DNA of 64,000 nt from Octopus vulgaris (lineage: Eukaryota): assembly GCA_951406725.2 (NCBI GenBank), contig OX597818.1, positions 146,754,001-146,818,000 of the forward strand. The letters run 5' to 3'. Made by a program: the position numbers and the translations under genes. Below, one piece after another: positions 54,071-64,000 of this stretch. A model generated the notes under the pieces. It had not been told where the DNA came from and did not search any database. It saw only the letters and a list, made by a program, of their open reading frames with translations. How positions within the stretch are numbered: the stretch's first letter is position 1; each line of letters begins with the position of its first letter.

Positions 54071-55123
54071 CCTGCAATATTTGTAATAATGCACAATCAT
54101 TTGTAAGACTGTACTTTGGCAGAGTTATTAGAGTGACGGATGAAATATCTCTTCGGGGCTCTCTGCACATTGATTTGAAATCCCACCTGTGTCACCTTCA
54201 CCATTCATCCTTTCCGAAGTTGATTTTTAAAATGCTGTACTTGTACTGATACAATACTTTCTCTCTGTAACTCTCATGCTCTGGATGTTCTGCTTCGTCA
54301 AAGGTGAAATAGCCAGGAACGTTTCTATGTCTACTCGCGATTACGTGAGCTCCTAAATACAATTAGCGAAAATATGGTACACCCTACCAAATCATGCGAG
54401 CGATAACCGTACTTTTAATTTACAATCATTTGTATTGATTGTTTCTTTGTGTATGTGGTCAGTTGAAGTACTTATTCATGTTTGTAATACATATAAGACA
54501 CATCATTGTCGTCGTTGTCCCCATCATTATCAGCATTATGTATAATAGTCATAATGTATAATAAACGACAGTTGGATGACTTGGAAACATAATGACTAAT
54601 TATTTTCAGTTTCATTAAAATAATATATATTAAAATAATATTTTCTCTATTTGCTTTCAGTTCGGTGATTATTTATATTTATCAAAACAAAGAGGGTTGT
54701 TGATAAATAATGACAATGTGGAAGTGAATTCAGAGTAAGCTGATTCAATATTCATTCTATTCTCTAAATATCAGGAAGTTCATTCAAGACTTTGATAGAA
54801 CACTTTGTAACTGTTATTTAATTTAATGCTTTCCATTATTATATTTAACTTTCTTGAGAATATGCTGTGGACCCAAAGACATCACAGACATCACTCCTGG
54901 AAAGAAAAAAATTGGTTTCACAGAATCGTTAAAGCATCAGACAAAATGTCTTGTGTATTGAGTTACGACGTCCTAAGTTCAAATCTCACAGTCATTGATT
55001 CTACCTTTAATTTTCCCCAGGACCGACAAAATAAACAAAGTATTACATGCAGTATCGTTCACTGCTCTTAGCAACACTGGAATTTACGCGTAGGTTGCTG
55101 GCTTGTAGAATCGATTTAAAGTA

Positions 55124-56005
55124 TTAGGTTGTCAAGAAAGTTCTTGCGGTTTTTAACCTTTGAATTTAGATGCACATATCTCGGCTCAAACAAAACTTTA
55201 TTAATCGAAATAAACACCATCAGAATCAACACAGTTTGCCAACGCAAAACAAGTTTATTTATGCCGGTAGCGTACAAGTCCTGCGTTCTGGTGGCGATGA
55301 AGTCGTTGAATGCTGTTTGGCATCGTCTTGGTTTTTGAAGCATTTCTCACGCAGGAACTTGTCGAGATGCTTGAAAAAGTGGAAGTCGGTAGGCGAGGGG
55401 TCTGGTGAGTATGGCGGATGAGGCACAGTTTTGTAGCCCAATTCATTCAACTTCTGCAGGGTCAGTTGTGCGACTTGCGGTCGAGCGTTGTCGTGGAGAA
55501 GAATTGGTCTTTTTCTATTGACCAAGAAGAATTGGTCCTTTTCTATTGACCAATGCATTTCATCCATTTGCTGACAGTACTTCTCCGCCGTAATGGTTTC
55601 GCCTGGATACAAAAAGCTGTAATGGATGAGACCGGCCGAATACCACCAAAGTCACAATGACCTTCTTCTGGTGCAACTTTGGCTTCGGGAAGCGCTGTGG
55701 AGCTTCGTCGGCGTCTAACCACTGAGCTGAGCGTCGCTGGTTGTCGTAAAGAATCCATTTTTCATGGCAAGTCACAATCCGGTCGAGAAACGGGTCGTTC
55801 TTGTTGCGTAAAAGAAGGGAAGACGACACTTCAAAATGTTCCGGAAAACATGGCCTAATTATTCAAAAAGAAAAAGATTAGATAGGGCGAAAAACGGGCT
55901 TTAAAATGATATAAAAAGACAAAGTAATTTAACGAAAATTAATTTGAAAATACATCGTTTAAAACCAAAATTTAAAATTCCACAAGGACTTTCTTGACAA
56001 CCTAA
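55124..56005 (-). mobile_element. mariner element with both TIRs and TA TSDs, internally deleted
   Basis: ta|ttaggttgtcaagaaagttcttgcgg ... ccacaaggactttcttgacaacctaa|ta; FLDRIVTCHEKWILYDN, HDNARP, HPPYSPDPSPTDFHFF; short duplication at 55498-55552. Confidence 0.93.
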
Positions 56006-56617
56006 TAATTATAAGGCAAAGTCTATCTATTTTAGACTACCGTCATAGCCAGTGGGATAAGAATGCATTTCTTACCGACACAGTGGGGATCGATATGACC
56101 AATTATATTCTTTCGATATTTCTCACCATGTCCCAATGTAATATTTCAATATGTACATGGTTTCCTCACTTTTGCTTCTGTACAATTCTTGACTGAATTT
56201 CAGAAAACAGGAAAGAACTCGCCAAATAAAGTAAACACAGCTGCAAGTTATAAAAATCACAGTCAAAATATGTAAAACATTCAAGTGGTTGAAAGTGTTA
56301 ATACGATTCCCTTACGCACTACGCAATATCCTTTATGGCTGCACCCAGGCGTTCTTGTACATGTGTTCCTGTACTTACAAGATAACTCTGCCAGTGTTCT
56401 CTAAATTCCAGTGAAAGAGTCATGTTTCTGGGCTAAAACCGGCTCTTTCTTCATTGATTCAGTATATACACACATATATAGACACATGCATGCTTATACA
56501 TAACACACACACACACACACACATACATATACATATATACATATATATATATACATGCATACATACATACATACATACATACATATGTGTATGCGCGCGT
56601 ATGTATGTGTGTATGGG

Positions 56618-56704
<87 letters not shown>

Positions 56705-56840
56705 TTGTAGTCAGCAAAAATTTGACTAACGTTCTGGATGCGCTGAGACTGAACCCGGAACCACGTGCTTGTAAAGGAAACTTCTTAACCACATAACCCT
56801 CTCTACAGCAGTTCATTTATTTATTTGTTCATTCATTATC

Positions 56841-56859
56841 TTCATCATCATCATCATCA

Positions 56860-56896
<37 letters not shown>

Positions 56897-56907
56897 CATT
56901 ATTATTA

Positions 56908-56942
<35 letters not shown>

Positions 56943-56964
56943 AATATTATCATTATTATTATTA

Positions 56965-57026
<62 letters not shown>

Positions 57027-57033
57027 AATATTA

Positions 57034-57085
<52 letters not shown>

Positions 57086-57138
57086 CATTATTATTATTAT
57101 TATCATTATAATTATTATTATTATTATTAATAATATTA

Positions 57139-57212
<74 letters not shown>

Positions 57213-57240
57213 AATATTATCATTATTATTATTATTAATA

Positions 57241-57301
<61 letters not shown>

Positions 57302-57335
57302 CATTATAATTATTATTATTATTATTATTATTATG
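56841..57335 (+). repeat. (ATT)n/(ATC)n microsatellite with recurring aataatattatc interruptions
   Basis: Direct reading. Confidence 0.95.
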
Positions 57336-57749
57336 ATACTGTAAGAATCACTAAGTAGTCGTATTTCAACATCTGAACACATCTGTGTCGGCTTTACGTT
57401 ACATCATCAGCGCGACGGTCGTCGGTAAACTGAGCTGTTTACCTACGTCATCACTTCGCTAATCCTGTCATTCGATGATAAAATCCAATACTTGTTCTGA
57501 AATAGATGTCATTCCGAACTCTTTTATGCTTTACTTCTTCCTTTTTCTTTTTGTCTTTTATTTTTTTCCTAATTTCACAAAATCTATACAGATTCAACTA
57601 TCCGAAGGTCTTACACACACACACAAAGTCTCTCTCTCTCTCTCTCTCTTTCACACACACACTCATACATAATTATATGTACATATATATATACATATAT
57701 ACATATATATACATACAAATACATATATATACATATATATATATATATG

Positions 57750-57811
<62 letters not shown>

Positions 57812-57936
57812 TGCGTATGTGTGTATGCTTAATATATAATATAACACACATACACACACACATTATCGATATATATGCATATTAATGTCTATGCATATGC
57901 ATGTATGTCTGTGTGTGTGAGTATATAGATATACAC

Positions 57937-57985
<49 letters not shown>

Positions 57986-57987
<2 letters not shown>

Positions 57988-58870
57988 ATAGTAGTTACCA
58001 TAGTTGCCAGCCATAGTAACGAAGCTAAAGCACACAGAGTGAAGCTGCTTCGTACAGATTGACCTTGAACTCTGCTGTGCATGTACACTAAGTTTTAACG
58101 TTCTAGCTCACTTCTCCCGTTTATAGCAGTGCTTGGAAGGAAGATGTGTAGCATGTGATCGTCGCATTGACCATGTCAGAGAAAGTTACCCGGGAATCTG
58201 GATCACATTTTGCCAAAAGCTTGGCGATACCTGCTCAGAGGCCTATGCAAAGCTTTCAAAAAGTTTTCATCGATTTCGACACGATGGAGGCGATCTTGTG
58301 CAACTGAAACCCGGGTGTCTTTTTCACCAGCTGAAAGCAGTTTGGGCACAAACTTGGCAGACACGCGTCTCATACCCAAATCTTCAGTGGTAATGGACTG
58401 AACTGAACTGCAACTAATCTACACATCCTCTCATAAATCACGACTGGTAATTCGACGATTTTGCCTCACAGCTATACGCACTTCTGCGATGTTTACCACA
58501 GTTCTGTTGGTTGCGGGTCTCCCAGAACGTTCGTCGATATCGACTTTTTCCGCCATCTTAGAAACGTCTGAACCACTTCTACATTTGTGTGCGACTCATG
58601 CACAGCTCCCCATATGCTTTCTGCCACTTTGCGTAGGCCTCTGAGCAGGTATTTCCGTGACCGCTTTCTCTGCTATGGTCAATGCATCGATCACACGCTA
58701 CGTACCTTCCTTCCAAGTACTGCTGTAAACAGCAGAAGTGAGTTAGACTGTTAAAACTTAGTGGGAATACACAGCAGAGATCAAAGTCAGTTTTTGCCCA
58801 CCAGTTTCACTCTACATCTTTTAGCTTCGTTACTATGGCAACAGTGCGGATACTTATTGATCAGACCTCG
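57986..58870. mobile_element. Fold-back mariner-derived MITE (two 5' ends in inverted orientation)
   Basis: gccatagtaacgaagctaaa / tttagcttcgttactatggc and gcagtgcttggaaggaag..cattgaccat / atggtcaatg..cttccttccaagtactgc; ITFCQKLGDTCSEAYAKL (mariner N-terminus); right end gacctcg|ta. Confidence 0.75.
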
Positions 58871-59114
58871 TATATATATACATATATATATAAGGATATA
58901 GATATAGATATGTGTGTGTGTGTGTGTCTATATACATACATATATATATGGATATAGATATATGTGTGTGTGTGTCTATATATAAATATATATATATATA
59001 TGTACATATATATATATATATATATGGATATAGATATAGGTATATGTATGTGTATGTCTATATATATAAATATACATATATACATATATATACACACACG
59101 CGCACGCACACACA

Positions 59115-59233
<119 letters not shown>

Positions 59234-59409
59234 ATTCTGCTTTGTCGCTTGTTTCCATTCGGATATCGAAGTGATACCGTAGTACAGATGTAATCACACG
59301 ACAGAGATATAATTATCTATAGAAAGGCATACACAATCGATTCACTTTCTTGTCATCATCTGGCAAATACCAAACCACGCATATGTACGTTTGTATTTGT
59401 ATGTTTGCA

Positions 59410-59493
<84 letters not shown>

Positions 59494-59731
59494 CGTGTGA
59501 GTGAGTGTGTGTGTGTATGTGTGTGTATGTCTCTGTGTATGTGTCTGTGTATGTGCATGCGTGTACATACATAAATATATGTACATATATGTGTGCATAC
59601 ATATTTATATATAAATGTGTGTGTATATATAGATAGATGGATAGATGGATGGATAGATATACATATATATATATTTGTATATATTTACGTATGTATTATG
59701 TTTATATATAATATATATATATATATATATA

Positions 59732-60336
59732 AAAACTTAGATAAACTTAGATATGTTTCGACCAAAGATTGGTCCAGGCCATGTCTAACTTAATAGCACC
59801 ACCTGATAGGATTATTCGAATCCTGTTTAAGTCAAGTTTTGTTCAAGTAGTGAGTTCTTGTTGGGTGAGTTGTATCCAGTTTTGTTCAAGTAGTGAGTTC
59901 TTGTTGGGTGAGTTGTATCCAATTATGGGTGGCTTATCTGGTATTCTTTGAAGGAATCTATCCAGACTCTGTTTAAAGTTGATGGGATCCTTTTCCTCTT
60001 TGATCTCCCTCGGGACAATGTTAAATAGGGCAGGGCCTGTTGAGGAAAAGAAATTATGTTGCAGTGTACATGTATGTTGTGATCTTGAATTGGGCAGGGG
60101 ACGTATAGCCCGTGGTCCAAGTCTTGGATGAACCTTGAAGCTAATGTTTAGGTCGTTTGGGCAAAGTTGGCGGTATATTTTCCACATCGTACAAATGATG
60201 TACCGCTCACGGCGACGCTGGAGAGAGTAAAGTTTCAAGGTTTTAAGGCGATCCCAATAATCGAGAGCAGCCATGCCTTCAATTTGTTTAGTGAGTGCCC
60301 TCTGGGGTGACTCAATTCTGGAGATGTTTTGTCTTG
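59732..60336 (-). mobile_element. CR1/L2-group LINE 3' fragment
   Basis: RIESPQRALTKQIEGM..LDYWDRLKTLKLYSLQRRRERY..GPALFN..FKQSLDRFL..IPDKP; tail (atctaagttt)2; tandem ~42-bp duplication at 59835-59920. Confidence 0.85.
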
Positions 60337-60429
60337 ATATATATACATATACATATGTATATATATATGTATGTATATATATATATATATATACATATAC
60401 ATATGTATATATATATGTATGTATATATA

Positions 60430-60640
60430 TAACGGGAAGGTTTACGAAAATAAACAAAAGACGAAGGCAGGTGGAGTACAAACAAACAATTTATTAGTAT
60501 GGCGCTCAGGAATAAAAATAAAACAAGTCTTTTACGTTTCGAGCCTACGCTCTTCGACAGAAAGATACACAGAAAAGAAACAAGGAGAGAAACGAGGAGA
60601 GAAAAAAATTGCGTGTAAGGGCTAACGATCCAACATGGCA
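60430..60640 (-). mobile_element. Penelope pseudo-LTR-like fragment with a variant minimal hammerhead (60528-60565)
   Basis: tcttt-CTGTCGA-a-gagc(gtag)gctc-GAAAC-GTA-aaaga; flanked by (TA)n. Confidence 0.5.
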
Positions 60641-60959
60641 TATATATATATATATGTATGTATGCATATATATATCAAACTTAATGTCTGTGTGTGTATG
60701 TGTGTGTTTAAAAGATTAATAATAGCTTTTCTTCCATCCATAATTATTTTAATTTCTGATTTACTAATGAGAATATGCTTGCTGAGAAGATGTAATGCTT
60801 TTTTGAAGTAATAGTTTGATAATTGAAGGGTAATATTCTATTATAGCAAGATGGCAATGTTTATGTTTCCGTTGTTTGTTTTTGATGTTAGTGAAGCTCT
60901 TCATATCTAAGATACGATGCCTCTGTTTAAACTGGGTCAACCACTACGCCATATGCCCT

Positions 60960-61051
60960 GGCATATGGCGTAGTGGTTAAGGGCGCGGGCTCTTAACATG
61001 ATGATTCAGAGTTTGATTCCAGGCAGTGACCTGAATAATAATAATAATGAT

Positions 61052-61082
<31 letters not shown>

Positions 61083-61236
61083 TCATCAACAACAACAACA
61101 ACATCGATAAATACCTTAAGAATGAGAACCCAGGTTCGAAATTTCCCTCAAGACACCTGATGAAGGCTGGAGGGTATATCAGCTGAAACGTGTCAACAAA
61201 CAAGATGAGGACAAATATCCGTCAAATGTAAATAAT
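60960..61236 (+). mobile_element. Hammerhead-bearing tRNA-headed SINE, copy 1
   Basis: A box TGGCGTAGTGG at 60966-60976, B-box-like gagtttgattcc, (AAT/AAC)n, gacac-CTGATGA-aggctg..cagct-GAAAC at 61152-61194, tail atgtaaataat. Confidence 0.75.
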
Positions 61237-61252
61237 ACATGAGGAAATATAT

Positions 61253-61436
61253 ACATTATTTACATTATTTACATTTGACGGGTATTTGTCCTCATCTTGT
61301 TTGTTGTTTGCACAACGATTCGGCTGATGTATTCGCCAGCCTTCATCAGGTGTCCGAGGTAATTGCGAACCTGAGTTCTCATTCCTAAGGTATTTTTCCG
61401 ATGCTATTATTATTATCATTATTATTATTATTATTA

Positions 61437-61524
<88 letters not shown>

Positions 61525-61538
61525 TATTATTATTATTA

Positions 61539-61569
<31 letters not shown>

Positions 61570-61590
61570 CATCATCATCATCATCATCAA

Positions 61591-61623
<33 letters not shown>

Positions 61624-61637
61624 TATTATTATTATTA

Positions 61638-61674
<37 letters not shown>

Positions 61675-62713
61675 CGTTATTGCCTTTGCACTGCTTCTGA
61701 CACTGCAGATGTATTACAGTGTCAGCTGTTCACTACCAGTGAAGTAAGGTAACACCTCTTATTTTTCGAGCACCTTTCGGAGTATTCCAGCGATTGCAAG
61801 CAGTATTCTTTTCTGCAAGTGCGCCACCCTTATTGCAGCCCCTATTTGTTCCAAGTACTTCTCGAGATTTTTGCTCACTGTTCCCGGGGCTCCCACAGTT
61901 ATTGGTACTACTGCTACTCTTTTCATCGACCACAACTGCTTAACTTCCCAAGCTAACCTGTCTCTCGACTTTTCTTTCTTCCTTCTCGCATACCTTGTTG
62001 TCAGCTGGGCATGCTATATCTATGATCCAGCATAGTTTGTTTTCTTTCTCAATTAAGACTATGTCTGGCTTCCTATTCTCTATCTCATGGTCACACTGAA
62101 TCATAAAATCCGATAGCATCTTTGCATTTCCATTTTCGACGATGCGATCAGGTTTGTAGTCGTACAAATGTTTTGCTCTGTTAAGTCCATACTCATTGCA
62201 AAGTGTCCAATGGACAAGCCTGGCTATATTGTCGTGGCGTCTCTTATATTCCTTCTGGACTAGTGGCGTACATTGGCTGGTAATATGCCATACGGTTTCA
62301 CCGTTTTGTCCACAGATTCTGCACTTATCACTTTCTGCTGTGTTGTCTATTCTGTATTTTATGTAATTTGTTCTTAGTGCTTGCTCTTGGGCAGCACAGA
62401 TTAGAGTCCCCGTTTCTGGTTTTAAATCGCTTTTTCTCTGTCTGTCTTATCTTCAACATCCCAACAAATTGACCATGCATTCTTTTTTTACACACCTATT
62501 TTCAGTTACATTCGTTTTCTATTTCTTGTATAGTGCTTTATCTTTGCAATCTTCCATCCTACACAGGCCTGACCTTCTTACTTCTAATAATAGCGGTTCT
62601 GTAGCATTTTTTACATATCATGCTATGTTTTTTTCTTCTGTTTTAATGCTGTGTTCGCATCCAATAAGTTCTCTTTCCCCTCTTTTTCTTGGTACATAGT
62701 CTGTTTGTGTCAC

Positions 62714-62751
<38 letters not shown>

Positions 62752-62816
62752 GGGTCAATGCCTGGAATCGAGCTCGGAATCATGGGGTTAGTAGCCCGCA
62801 CTCTTAACTACTACGC
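61253..62816 (-). mobile_element. Hammerhead-bearing tRNA-headed SINE, copy 2, split by an R4/Dong insertion
   Basis: Head at 62750-62816, (AAT/GAT)n on both sides of the insertion, hammerhead-like tail at 61253-61403 (GAAAC mutated to GAATC). Confidence 0.72.
61675..62716 (-). mobile_element. R4/Dong-like RLE non-LTR retrotransposon, 5'-truncated, inside (TAA)n
   Basis: ETGTLICAAQEQALRTNY, CRICGQNGETVWHITSQC, RRHDNIA, KPDIVLIEKENKLCWIIDIACP; (ATT)n on both flanks. Confidence 0.9.
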
Positions 62817-63078
62817 GGGATACTAACCCCAAGATTCCGAGTTCGATTCCAGACAGTGACCCGAATAAGAAAAAGAAGAAGAAGGAGGAGGAGGAGGAGG
62901 AGGAGGAGGAGGAGGAGGAGGATAACGTCGGGAAAATACCTTAGGAACGAGAACCCAAGTTCGAAATTACCCCAGGACACCTGATGAAGGTTGGAGAGTA
63001 CATCAGCCGAAACGTTCTGTTAACAACAAACAAGATGAGGACAAATATCCGTCAAATGTAAATAATGTAAATAATGTT
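62815..63078 (+). mobile_element. Hammerhead-bearing tRNA-headed SINE, copy 3 (5'-truncated)
   Basis: B box gagttcgattcc, (GAA/GAG)n, gacac-CTGATGA-aggttg..cagcc-GAAAC-GTT at 62976-63021, tail (atgtaaata)2. Confidence 0.75.
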
Positions 63079-63884
63079 AATAGTCAAGCTTTAATTTTTC
63101 ATCTTTTAGTGTGGTGGAAAGGCAGTGCTCATCATATTTAAACAGAGTCTATGAGATGAATGAACGGATATAGGAAGATATAGTAGTGCCAGCATCCTAC
63201 CCCCAAATGCCTTCAGCTGAGTGGACTCTGTTTAAGTTACCCATGGGGCCAGGCAGTGGTGCTAAGCCAGGTGGCGGATTAAATTTATATCCTACGTAGG
63301 CTGGGTCTAATATACAGGTAGGCCATGATGAGGTCTAAATTTAGAATATATGAAAATATACGAAGCAAATATTGCTAAGTATCCAGTCTGACATTCTTAC
63401 AGCTCCATCAATTCCCCGCTATGGATTGGCAGATTATGTTGACTCCAGCGGGATTTGAACTCAGAATGTAAGCAGAACTGTCCAATTACCTTTTTTATCC
63501 AACGATATGCTATATGTACGTACGTGTAAGTATGTGAACTCTGAAAATGTTGTTGCAGTAAAAACGTCTTTATAAGGTCACATATACGCTCGCAAACAGT
63601 GAAAATAGCTTTCATATCAAATTGAATGAATTCAATTAGAGCGAAGAATGAATGAGATAGTTAAAGCATATAATTGATTAAACAGATATATAGAAATTCG
63701 AAATAAATAAGCGACTTGTAGTTGAATCGTCAGACTTAATAATATGACATCTAAATAGGTGTCTAAAATGTTTAATTTTTGACAGAACTACAGAAAGTAA
63801 ATAAATATATTAATGGAAAATTATATTGAAGTAAACAAGACGCAGAGTATATCTAAAGCTTCATGTATGCAAGTGTGCATCTTC

Positions 63885-63917
<33 letters not shown>

Positions 63918-64000
63918 TGTATGTATGTATGTATGTATGTATGTATGTATGTATGTATGTATGTGTGGCTGTGTGCGTGTTTATGTATCTATGTTCTGGT

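Overview
Eukaryotic, AT-rich, extremely microsatellite- and transposon-dense intergenic or intronic DNA. The SINE families and (TA)n/(TG)n/(GATA)n load look like a coleoid cephalopod, probably Octopus (inference). No intact host gene is recognisable, and most ORF-track entries are microsatellite read-throughs. Main results: (1) Five Tx1-clade LINE copies (one near-complete at 1-6010, three 5'-truncated, one internally deleted). All are on the minus strand and every visible end abuts a (GATA)n tract, pointing to a (GATA/TATC)n-targeting retrotransposon. (2) A near-identical 534-bp tandem array at 17159-18769 with an inverted leader and one canonical-core type I hammerhead ribozyme per unit, i.e. 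a retrozyme or non-autonomous Penelope-like element able to release 534-nt monomers. (3) A chain of three alternately oriented tRNA-headed SINEs carrying a Penelope-type minimal hammerhead (60939-63078), one split by an R4/Dong LINE inserted in its internal (TAA)n. (4) Two divergent tRNA-Lys-like loci, one with a 19-nt canonical-position intron and a TTA anticodon. Also present: mariner/Tc1, MULE, Helitron-like, Penelope, CR1/L2-like and MITE remnants, many SINEs and a 25-bp minisatellite.
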